This document shows, piece by piece, positions 39,901-51,700 of a stretch of DNA of 64,000 nt. The stretch comes from Antedon mediterranea. Lineage: Eukaryota; Animalia; Echinodermata. Every line of letters begins with the position of its first letter. The first letter of the stretch is position 1. The position numbers and the translations under genes were made by a program. The notes below the pieces were generated by a model. It worked only from the letters and a program-made list of their open reading frames with translations. It had not been told where the DNA came from and searched no databases. The stretch spans positions 33,663,648-33,727,647 of the forward strand of contig NC_092673.1 of NCBI RefSeq assembly GCF_964355755.1, written 5' to 3'.

Positions 39901-41213
39901 ATCATTCCTCTATCTCTAGTTTCATTGCATTTGGTTGGTTGATTCGTAAATATTGCTCAACCGTATGTGTAAAATGTACTGAACCAACGTTTGCAAAAAA
40001 ATGGCTCTCAGTTATCAATACAAAATCTCTAGTTCACTAATCAGACTGCCAATCTCTTGGGTGAGACTTGAACCAGACACTCTCTAGGCCACTAACCTTG
40101 TACCACTTCTTTTTAGGCTGCAGTGTCTTGTACCTAATAGAAGTTGTTTTTGACAAATTTACTATCATACCAGATTCTTCCTACATGAAAGTATTATGGT
40201 AGAAGTTATTACATTGTCTGAATGATTACATACTTTATCCATATTGCTATTAAAATTTGTTTGGATTTTAATATTATTGGTAATAAATGGTCTAATAATA
40301 ATCAAACCTTTGTATTGCGCATGTGCCAATTTCAAATAAAATGAGCAAAGACGCATTTTATCCTTAAATTTGCTAGATAAAAATGAATTTTGAAATTAAT
40401 TTGAAATGACTCAGAAGTGGGTGAATTGGTATGAAATGCTTCCAAATATCCAAAATATAGATCTGATCTGCTTGCATATAAACAGTGAGTTTGAAAAGCT
40501 AGATCTGCCAAAAAACCTGTCGTGTCAAATATACTTAACGAATGCAAATGCTGAAACTCTAGAAAAAAGTGGTATATCAAGTAATTGCACTAAATTGTAT
40601 TAACATAATAATTTGTTTGTTTAAATAGGAAAAAGAAGTGAATGGCAGACCAAGTAAGTTACCACCACGACTAAGCATGGATCTTGGAAATAAGAATAAA
40701 CATTCGGAAGAAAAACGGCGATCGTCCAGTCCTGGAATACGCATCTCATATCACGGTAGTTTAGACGAAGATGCTAATGTTTTTAGAAATGAAATGAGTG
40801 ACAATCGTTGTAACTCACCGCCCGATCTCGATGAAGAAGGTGATACTTACGGACCTGTCCCCGAAGGTATAAGCAGTGTACGTATACCAAGTTTAGGAAC
40901 ACTTCCAGATATAATTGATGTACACTCATCCAGCCTGGGACCTTTACCAGACGTTAGCATTTTACGTTCACCCAGCCCCGGTCCTCCAGCCCGCCCAGCA
41001 CCAACTCCTCCTCTTGATGAACGAGCAGAAAGTCCTGGACCTCCCGCGAGAGACGCCCCTGCACCGCCGGTCCCATTAAAACGTGGTGAAGATTTAGATG
41101 AGTTGTACGCCAATGTAAGGGCAAAAAAGTATAATAATGTTGCATTACCTAAAGTTCTTTCTCCGACAGCAGATAAGAAGCCATTTCCATCACCCAAACC
41201 CAAACGTTTTTAA
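33979..41213 (+). CDS. NCF2: p67phox/NOXA1-family NADPH oxidase activator-like protein with two tandem TPR + activation-domain modules, ~792 aa, 9 coding exons
   Basis: Exons (+): 33979-34170, 34537-34728, 35050-35190, 35411-35551, 35869-36543 (GC donor), 36818-37009, 37148-37282, 37509-37634, 40629-41213, all phase 0. p67phox motifs occur twice: SRIFYNIG/AKILFNIG, KDCHLAAAFFQCG/KDEHMAIGFFQQG, LRDSQYIDYK/LRQNDSIDYKQIGL, LFRPP...DYLGQSKVV/VFKPP...DYLGQKKVV. Module 2 also has KSEIRHSKIDSAM. The symbol denotes the family, not proven orthology. Confidence 0.9.
35260..35393. repeat. 13-bp intronic minisatellite
   Basis: Repeats of acctaaacactac, about 10 copies. Confidence 0.85.
38070..38230. mobile_element. 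MITE, agctctgtctacact family
   Basis: agccttgtctacactatcaaact...agtttgattgtgtagacagaact. Confidence 0.85.
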
Positions 41214-43009
41214 GATTCTTAAAAAGTCCAATAGTAGCTTAAAAAGTTTAATAGATGTTGTTTTCATGTAGTTTTTTGTAAAACTAACTAAATCTGGGGG
41301 TACCAGCAATTGACAAAACAATACAGTTTCAACTTTATTATTTAATATCCTTTTTTTTATTTTTTTAAAATTTATTTTCAGTACTTAACCAGGTGGTGTT
41401 ATTGCATTCCAAATGAAATAGTTTCTTAACAATAGTTTATATATAGTGTACAGACATGAAAACCAAATTAATGTGAACATTTCATTTACATTTCTTTAAT
41501 TTATTTATTATTTAAAGACTGTAGTATATTCCAAATTCATTCCATTTTTAGAATATAAGATTAGATATAGTAAAATAAGGTAAAATTTTGATATTTTGTT
41601 TTAAACACTAAAAAAAAATGTTTGTATAGATCAGTAACACAATATTATATTGTCATTGCAATGCAGATATGGTAGATTGCAATTCTTTACTTTATGAAGT
41701 TAAGAGCCAAAAAAAACTTTGAAATATTTTTGTTCAATGATGTTATGTATATAGAAGATGAGCTATTTTTTTACAATGTATAAAAGACAATAGGTTGAAT
41801 ATTGTGTATAATGTGAAAGATATAAAAACCATCCAACTATTCTTTAAATTTAGTTTACCAATTGTTACTGTATTTTATATGTTTAAACTTTTCAAATTAT
41901 GCAAATTTAATGTAGAATACCTCAAGATAAGCACCAATGCGATAGTGCACATAATAGCTTATTTGCATGAGATGCAGGTGGTGGGGTGCAAGTTGTTATT
42001 GTAATGAATATCACAGCTGAAAATTAAAACTTTTTAAAAGCTTTTCAAAGTTTGTGTATTAATTTGTTGTATGTGCGAGGGCAATAAATAAATGCATACT
42101 GGTATATTGGTATTTTGTCTGATCAGGGCCGATACGTAAAGGCATTTTGATATACCGTACAGAACGGTTTTTTAATATACTAGATATTGAAAATTGCAAG
42201 TGAGTGCTGCGAGCAGATATCTAGACGTACAAAATGTCCAAATGGAAAAAATTACTCGTGTTCGCGTCTTCACAAATGGTCTTAGAGACCGCCCATAGAC
42301 TATGCAGTGTTGACCAATAGTTGGCTGTAACGAGCCAATGACCTTTTGGATCTGCCCAGCGATAAAGCGTGACTAAAATGGCTAAATGTGAAGGATAAAA
42401 AAATTCTCGTGTAGAATATTTGTTCATAGCAACCGATCTGACGGAGTGCAGAATATGCAAATGAATTGCTCACAAATCTGAGCGAATTCTGAAGGAGACT
42501 ACATGTGCTTAAAAGGATATGTAACTTCTAGATCTATTTTTCTTGTAAAGTCTTGGGTGAAATGCATTTACAAGGATAAAATAAACTACTGACTTTCGTT
42601 ATAATTTAATATACAAGAATAGTTTCTTTAAATGATACAATGATAATAACCTACTTACAATACCATAAATTATAAAATGTCATTTTAATAATAAAATGTT
42701 AACATATATTATACTACAATTAAAAATGTCCCAGGATTTATTTCTATCTAGTTGTACTGTATTTATATTTTTTTGTCTATTCACAAAAAATGTCAGCAAC
42801 AGGATTTCTATTTTATTTTTCTAAAATTTGGACCAAACAAATGATAAAATAGTAAATATTATAGCTCAAAAAAATGTCAGCAACAATAATGGTAGGATTT
42901 TTATTTAATTTTTTTTCTAAAGTTTGAACCAAAAAAATTGATAAAATAATAATTATTATTACAGTATTGTATAATACTATATTAATAAGAATGTAACTGT
43001 ATTTTCGTT

Positions 43010-43137
43010 CGTTTAGATGGTCATCCACAATCGGTCAATCCCTTTCTTCTCATTCTCATCAAAGGTTGCATTTTCGTTTGTAGATTTTTCATCCACAATC
43101 GGTCAATCCCTTTCTTCTCATTCTTACCAAAGGTTGT
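43010..43137. repeat. ~70-bp tandem duplication
   Basis: tcatccacaatcggtcaatccctttcttctcattct...aaaggttg occurs twice. Confidence 0.85.
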
Positions 43138-43209
43138 GTATTCAATACATAAAGTGTTCAGTTTGTGTTTAAACAACAGATTTAATTGCCGTTTTTCAAT
43201 TAACTGGTA

Positions 43210-43366
43210 TACAGTATAACTATATCAGTGTGTGTTTATGGTTAGAAGAGACCGTTTATTTTAAAAATTCCAAGATCAAAAAAAAAAAAAAATTTTTTGA
43301 TCTTGGAATTTTTAAAATAAACGGTCTCTTCTAACCATAAACACACACTGATATAGTTATACTGTA
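43210..43366. repeat. Perfect inverted repeat with 74-bp arms and a 9-nt A loop
   Basis: tacagtataactatatcagtgtgtg...ccaagatcaaaaaa [A9] ttttttgatcttgg...cacacactgatatagttatactgta. Confidence 0.95.
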
Positions 43367-43905
43367 AAAAAAAAAAATTTTTTTTTTGTGAGGGGAGGGG
43401 GTTTCATAAGGGGTAAGATTTTGAGCTTGCCTAAGTTTAAGCTCTTAGCACACATTTGTTTGTTGATCAGGTCGGTGGAAGACAATACAACCAACCTCCT
43501 TTTAAACTACCCATATAGAAAGAAGTTAATGACTCGTACCACACATTGTTTATACCCTGATATGTTTAAATGCAGCACATCGTAACACTCTTTCAGGAAT
43601 GCTTTTTGTAACTCGTTCGTAGAGTACCGTAAATGATCAAACAAGCAAACGTCCTTTGAAGCGCTCATGCGTCATATATTTATTACGAATGCGCGACAAT
43701 TGCTGAATGATTGATTGTAATATCGTTGGAAGGTTTGTATGGCAAAATCAAATGTTGATTTTGAATTTGCGGTACATGTATAGTTCTGAAAAGAACTGTC
43801 AACGTTTAGATCAAAGCGGAACTGGGTTTGATCAAGTAGTGCTTCTGATCTCAACTAGCGCTTATTTGACCATTTACGGTTTGGACACACTAGATGTAAC
43901 TGTCA

Positions 43906-45728
43906 TCACAAAAAGCACACTTCTCCAATTTGTAGGCCAAACTTTTGAGCATCTCTTACATCTTTTACAGCAAAGTCTATGATAGGTAATAATGCAAGTT
44001 TACCAGTTTCAAACTGAAATGTTGTCTTACGAACTGTTGAGGAATTTTGCTGAAAAGTAAAGTATTAAAAATCAGTAAATAGTTTGAAACTTCCAAAATT
44101 AATCGATAGTATTATATCTCAATTATAACCATTCAAAACATAGGACAATTCAAACAATACTAACTCGACACAGGTCTTTAGTGACTTTGTATGAAGGATG
44201 CGTCGATCTTAATGTTTTTCCATTTTGCGCTAAAAATTCCAAAGCTTTGTTATAATTCTTTTTCGTTCGGTCATAATAGGCTATTGTGTTCACACACTTG
44301 AATGTAAATCTGTAGAAACAATTATGTAAGTCAATAGTTGAGAATCTTTGCATATTAAGTAGGTCGCACTTGAACAATTTCTCAAACCCAGTCACTTTGG
44401 GATAATATTTTTTTTTTGGAGAGGCCATATAGCCGTTAAGGCTAGTGGCTAATAAAACCTCTCCTCTTAAATAATCACAAACACAATGATATACACAAGA
44501 TGATCTACACAAACCAAACCTTATTACAAGTCTTTGAAAGTGGAATTGTTCTGTCATGAGAAAAAACTCTGTGGCCATATTCACCAATCACACACCTAAC
44601 TCAATAAATATTTAAGTTTTTAAATCGTATGCATTTAGATAGGAGATTTTTTTAAGCCTTAAGCTTAAGTGTGAATGGTGAATACGGCTATTGGCATCTG
44701 ACAGGATTTGAACCCAGGACCCTGGGATTGGTAGCTACATCCCCACTCACCTTTGTATTGCTTTACTACTGCGTAGTTTCAAAAATCGTAGCTGAACTTT
44801 ATTAGCTTCATAACTAAACTGTTCAGTACTTTGGCTTTTACTAAACCAATGTTTATCCATACTCCATTTCTTAAGAGCAATCTGAAATACAAGAAAACAA
44901 ATAATTTCTTACTATAAAAGACTTTATACTTTATTTTACTACACTATCAAACTTTGTAACAAAAAAAATGTAATGTGCCCATATATGAACACGATGACAT
45001 CATATCACTACCATATTTGGGCACATTTTTTTTTCAGACTAATTTGATAGTGTAATGTTTCAACCAAGACAGCCTATTTATCGATACAAAGATGCATATT
45101 TGATTAGTTTACCACATCATTTGCATATTGGATCATTTGCATATTAATAAGGTGATTGAATGATACCAACCTCTTTTTTAGGGTCAACGCAGGTGTATCC
45201 TCCACCTGAGAGATTACAGTATGCTTTGAACTTATCACCGTCTGCCCCACCATTTGGATCCAACCAATAATAACCTAAAACAAAAATGAATATAATTAAT
45301 TAAAATTTAGATATATTAATAAAAACAGAAGATTTTAAGCCTGTTCTCCATTAGTGATTTCGCATGAATTTGCCGTGTCAAAAAATAAAATGAACAATGG
45401 ATTGAATACAAATTCAACTCTGTTTTTTTATTTTATTTATTTATTTATCCAATAAAAAATAAAATATTGATGATAAAAAAATATATATAGGGGACACCTT
45501 TAGGAGCTAACAAAAAGTCTTCTTAATAGGAACACTTCTCTTGTGCATTTTCAGATGCTATTATACAACCCATATAAACAATTTCTCACCGTCTGTGAGG
45601 TTAGGGTGCATGCGCTTTAAGTCTTTGCAAGACACAGCAGGGAAATCTTTAGAACCACGCGGCGTCTCAACTTCCTTCAATTTCTCGGATAATATTTGTA
45701 ACTTGGACAATAAATCAGCCATTTCGTC
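43906..45728 (-). CDS. COLFI (C-propeptide) exons of the fibrillar collagen
   Basis: Five phase-compatible exons give [15 protein letters not shown] / [26 protein letters not shown] / [23 protein letters not shown] / [27 protein letters not shown]. Confidence 0.95.
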
Positions 45729-48700
45729 CTATAATAAAAAATATACATTTATTTTCAATACATATATATTAAGGTGAATTTTTTTAATTAAAAAAAATAT
45801 TATGTTGGCAATGTGGCAAGTGACGCACCTTTTCAGCTTGTGTTTTCTCGGTGGCTGGTGGTCCAAGTCCTTCAACGCGGTGGAATGATGATGGTTTTGT
45901 AACGGAATCGGGAAAAGCTGCTACCGGTTCAGGAGTACTCGTAATTCTACCATCTGGACCCGGAACAATTTGAATATTTGGACTAGGAGCACCTGGAACA
46001 AACTAATGGAATAAAATAAAGTATGTTTAAACTTAACTTTTGTCAGTAAATTTGTTCTCATTGTGTCAAAATTGAACAAAAAAAATACTGACACTGTTGT
46101 CCATTATCGGTTCTAAGCATTCTGATACTTTTATTAACACATAATCACCAGATAGACTTTGCTTTTAAATAAAGTAGGTGGTTTATAGTCTAGCAACCTG
46201 ACTATACACCTTAAATTCATTATGGTTCCAATCCAACTTACTTAAGTGCGTATGCTAGACATTCTTCAATCTAGCCAGCAATTCCTTGACTGTTTATGAT
46301 AAACCATGATTTTATATACACATTTCTACATTTTTCAAGCATCAAATACATTTTTTCAATCTAGCTACTTAGCTATTCTATCTATTTATAAAATTATGGT
46401 TTTGAAGCATAAAGTTACAAGCTGTGCTTAGGCCTACGCACACTTCAATTTTATGTAGCACAAATTTGCTTCAAACTTTTTGAGAGAGTATGGTAGAGGT
46501 GTCGCACACATTTTACAAGCATCAAATACATTCATCTGTTAGCTACACTATCCACTTAAGCTCTGTACACTATCAAATTAATGGCAAAAACAGTGTGATA
46601 TGCCCAAATATGGTAGTGATATGACCATATCTTTATGTCCATATATGGGCATATTTGTCACATAACATTTTATAGTGTAGACAGAGCTTTCTAAAGCATA
46701 AAGTGCAAAATTACTAAGCAAGTGCAAAGTGCACGTAAGAATGAAATCTACCACAAATTCTTTTGAGAGTATTTCTACAGCTTCGTTAATAGCGTTTTCT
46801 AATAACAAGAGATTATCTCGTCTACGATGACTATATGCTAGCACAAGAGGCATGCTCATCTGCAACGGTAGAACGCTTCTAGATCTTCTACGTTTATTCT
46901 TCTGTTTAAGGGAAGAAGAAGGAAAGAAAAAGGTACGACATATACATGCAAGAGAACAGTATGAGGAAAGGTTTAGGGAAGGTGATAGCATTTGGTATAA
47001 ATACATTCACAAAGTTACAATTCTTAACAATTCATTGAACATAGTCATTCACAAAGTTGTACAATAAGAAAGAATGCAAAGGAAGCCATGTCTTACTTCT
47101 TAAAGTTCTAAAATCAACTATTATTATTTTTATTTTATATTATTTATTATTATATTTTCTTTTTAGGGTGTATATAAACTAAATATCTGTGCTCTGCATA
47201 GAACAGATTTTAAAATTTGCATCCTTTATCTACATATGTATAATGTGTTGTATGTGGAAAATAAAGAACAATTGAATTGGGAAGAGTTTCTGGCATTAGC
47301 CGACTTCACTTATAGAAAAAAAAATTAAACAAATATATATATATATATATATAAACAAATCAGGCAAAGAACATTAATTCTAAACCGCCCGGTGTATATA
47401 TATATATATATATATCTAATATCTAGCATGCAACTAGGCTTCATTCAGTCGCACTACAGATCTATATTTTAATATTGCTTTAAAGTTGCCACCTTGTCTA
47501 TACAATCTAGATTACCTTATTTGGTCGACCATCAGGTTTAGGAGTGGCCTCTGGATAATTAATGCTCCATGAAAGGTGGGTAGAGTTACCCTAATACAAA
47601 GTTTACAGAAGAAAGGAAGACGACAGTATGTGAGGAAAGAGCAATAAGAAGTTAGTGATAGAAATTTAAATAATCCACAATAGAAAAAGATGAAAAATAA
47701 ATTACAATTACATTTGAAGAAGATACCTGTATTTGAATGTAAATTGTGTTAGTCATTGAACATTTGGGCACAACTAATAAAATCAAGGTATGAAAAATAT
47801 TCAGACAAAAAAATGATCAAATCAGGCTTACCTCCAATGTGATAGATGGACCTAAGCCAGGAGGACCTGGTGGACCCTGTCAAAAAAATAAATTACAAAG
47901 TTCAAAACTTGTTATACACAATTTTGTTCATAACATGAGCATGGGTCGAAACATTGAAAAATTGTGTGTTAAATTAATAAGGAGCGCCTCTTTAAAAGCA
48001 AGTTGTGTCATTGGCCTTTAAGCCTGGGCCTTGAATATTCTGTGTCTGTTCTGTATCTGTGTCACAGAACCAAGTAAAGACGAACATACCAATGTCCACA
48101 CATATGTACAATACCATGACATAGCTAGTTCCTAGGTTGTTTTGAATTAAACACTCCTTAGTAATTACAATAACATAACATAAACATTGTGGGCATAGTA
48201 TAGTTTGACAGTCAAGAAGGGAAAGCGAGAACTAAGATCTAGTCATCAGGTGCTACTGGACATTCCAAGGAGCAAACATAGTTGGGGAGATCGGACTTTC
48301 AGTGTTGCTAGACCTGGGCTCTGGAACCACCTACCCTTGAACATTAAACACACATCATTATTGAGTCACTTTAAGTCACTACTCAAAACTCACCTTTTCT
48401 GATTTTTTACAGCGCCATGAGCAATGAATGTTGGAATGGCGCTATATAAATCTAACGATTGATTGATTGATTTGATAAACAAAAAGTACCAAGTAATAAA
48501 ATATGCAGAAACAAAAACTTACTGGAGGTCCTGGTATACCCTTTCTACCTCTGCGTCCTTTTTCACCTTTAGGACCCTACAAAAATAATTCCTTGATCAA
48601 AATGCAATTGATTGTATTGAGACAACAAATTATGTGAATATGGATTTTTTGTGCAAAGTGCAAAGGATTCATTCCACAGAAAATAAGACAAAGGGTAATG

Positions 48701-51700
48701 CCAAATTGGTAGAGGTCTATAAGCTACAGTAAAGTGATAAGGTTACTAAATTGTAGGTCTCACTCCAATTAAAGAACACTTTGGGACCAGTGGCTGTATT
48801 CACCAATCATACTTAAGCTATTTATTAAGCTTTAAACATTTAAAATTTAAAAATTCTCCTACCCCAAGTGAATACCACATAAGAGAACTCTTTAAATACT
48901 TATTGACTTAAGTAAATAGATACAGTACTTACTATTTAAGGGGAAATATCTCACTTAAGTGTGGTTGGTGAATACAGACTTTAGTGGTATAATAGCAGTT
49001 TTAAATAGCAACCACTATTTTATAATGTTTAAGCTCCCTTTGTAGGTTGGACACAACGTAAAAAAAAACAGTTGTCGGTGAAATTGTTTTGCAGGTACAA
49101 TTGGAGCGAGACCTGAGATTGAAAAGATACAGTACATGCGAGCCACCGCTAACCTTCACCAACACACCACAATAGATTGAGAACACTAGCATGCTTGTTG
49201 TCAACCAAGTAAAAGAGGAACAGGCTAAAAGGGAAAATGTAGAAAAAGGGTGAGGTATGGTAGGACCACAAGGGAAGAATGACTTGAAAAGAAGGAACAG
49301 CATTACATGCTTAATTTAAGCATTTACTCACGGTGTCACCTTGATCCCCTGGAGGACCCTTACGACCTTTTTTACCCCGTTTGCCTTTTCGTTTTTTACC
49401 CTGAAATGAATCAATTTCTTCTAAATACTAGGACTATAATACACAAAGAACTAAGCCTCTAAAACAATGATGTGTTACTTGCCAAAAAAAAGGTATCATG
49501 TGAAGTTTATATCATAATGCACAGTTCTAAAATATTTACACATGTATATTATATTCAAATTGTTTTGATTTTTACTCAGTCATGCATAACTAATAGTTAA
49601 AGATTGCCATACATGAAGTTTCCAATCCCAAATTAGATTTTTCTGAACATTTTAGCAAGTAATACTTTGTTTGCAGTTGAGTAACCATCATATTGCTTAG
49701 AAGCTTGTCCTTCTTTTCATATACATTATAGTAACTCACTAATGATCCACGCGGACCAGGTGGCCCTATCGTACCAACTAGACCAGGTGGCCCAGGCTTA
49801 CCAATTATTCCCTGAAAATGGTAATATGTTAGATAGATAAATCAATACAACAAATTGTTTAATTAATTAATTTTAATTAACATTTTTCAACACTTTATTG
49901 GTCAATTCAAACTCCTAAAAATTAAATAGAGATGTAATTTTTATTATTTACTGTTTGTTATATAATATCGTAACTCTTTTGTAGAGACAAGGTCTAATTG
50001 AAATATGAAATCTTTTATAAGAAATTTGTCAACATCTTATTGTATCAAATATTTTCTTATATTTTTTTGTTTTAAATATAAATTAAAACAGATGTAATTT
50101 TATTCTATTATTTAACAAACCATAATTCCTTTTGGACCCTGTTTTCCATTTTTGCCTCTCCATCCTTGGTCACCTTTCATCCCCTTTGGTCCTTCTGGTC
50201 CATCCACACCTCTATCTCCACTAACACCCTACGAAATCACAATATTTATAGTTAGTGGCAGATCAGGGATTTTGAAATAGGGGTGGGGGGGGGGGGCGAG
50301 GGGAGTGCCTAAAAATTGTGAAATGTAATGATAATCTTAATATGATTAAGTCCTATCTTTTGCATTATAATATTCAGGAGAGTCCTGGCTGGCAAAGAAT
50401 TATGAAGGTGAATTATTTTAATATTAATATCCCCTTTTCTCAGTATTCAGTGGTACAAAACCCAAGATTTTAACCAAATAAACAGGCCACAGAAAAATAA
50501 TGTTGTTGTGTACACATTATGAGGTAAAGTATGTGTATATACAAACAATTTAACAGTTAGTTAGCACTGAAGATGGTCTATGACAAAATTTCTGTTTTAA
50601 AAATAAAATGTGAAAATATTTTAAAATGAACAGTAGTTTTCAGTTGAACCAGCTAATTTTCCATTCTGAAACAGCTTTCTATATTACTTTACAATGTGGA
50701 ACTCTTGGAATGTAATACCAGACATAGCAGCTTAATTTTACATCTTTTATATATTTTTTTATTTCGCAACAAAGTTATCTTAAGAATGGTTGGAAAAAAA
50801 CCTTGGTTCCGGAAGGTCCTTGATCACCGTTTATCCCTTGCCGCCCGTCTGGACCCTACAAGAGATTTGAAACAAAACTATTTTTAGATATTATAAATCA
50901 TTCAGCTCAAGTTGGAGAGCATTTTAAGACACCAATCACACTTAGGTGAGATACTTCCATTAAATATTATTTCACTTAAGTCAAGAAATATTTAAGGATT
51001 TCACTTAAGTGGTATTCACTTAGTTAAGGTAATTTTAAAGCGTGAATGAATGTGAATACTGCCAATGTTACCCATTTAGTGCTAATTGAATATTACTCAC
51101 CCTTGGACCTGGTATACCACGTTTGCCTTGCTTTCCTGGTTCACCCATAACTCCCTATTTCGCACAAAATAATAACAATTATGTTTCAAGCGAAAATGTG
51201 TTGCAGATTAATGGTCACAAATAATTAGTTTTGAAGTACTGTAATTTGTTACAATGTTGGTTGGTTATGAATGACATAATCTGATGAAGAGATCAATTTT
51301 GCAGATTTTTCATACTTACTGGACGTCCAACTTTGCCTCGTGAACCTCGCCTTCCTATACCCCCTTCATCACCCTTTGGTCCTTCATCACCTTGCTTTCC
51401 CTTGCTGCCAACCGGTCCGCTATCCCCCTAGAAATACCAAGCAACACAACAATAGTTGCATCATTGTGATTACTGGATTGGCCCTTTTAGTAGCTACTGA
51501 AGAGCATCATTATGACATCATGGTGTCAAATTGAGCTGTAGTCAGTTGAATTTGTTTACTATAAGGCCAATTTTTTTATTGCAAATTAATCCATGTTGCT
51601 GTGTCTATTATTACTCCATGGTTGATCATGGAGTAAGCATACACACCCAAACCCAATTCTGTGTTCAAGATGCTGACTTTTTAGCAGTCAGTGCCAATTA

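Noticed and set aside
36246-41203. Minus-strand Gly-rich ORFs (36246-36497, 40847-41203)
   Set aside because: Antisense shadows of Pro-rich exons of the p67phox-like gene.
42124-42501. Possible transposon in the intergenic region
   Set aside because: GC-richer and element-like, but I could not identify matching termini or a TSD.
46250-46540. Extra mutually exclusive collagen linker exons (duplicated caagcatcaaatacatt)
   Set aside because: Weak acceptors with in-frame stops or incompatible phase; unsupported without RNA data.
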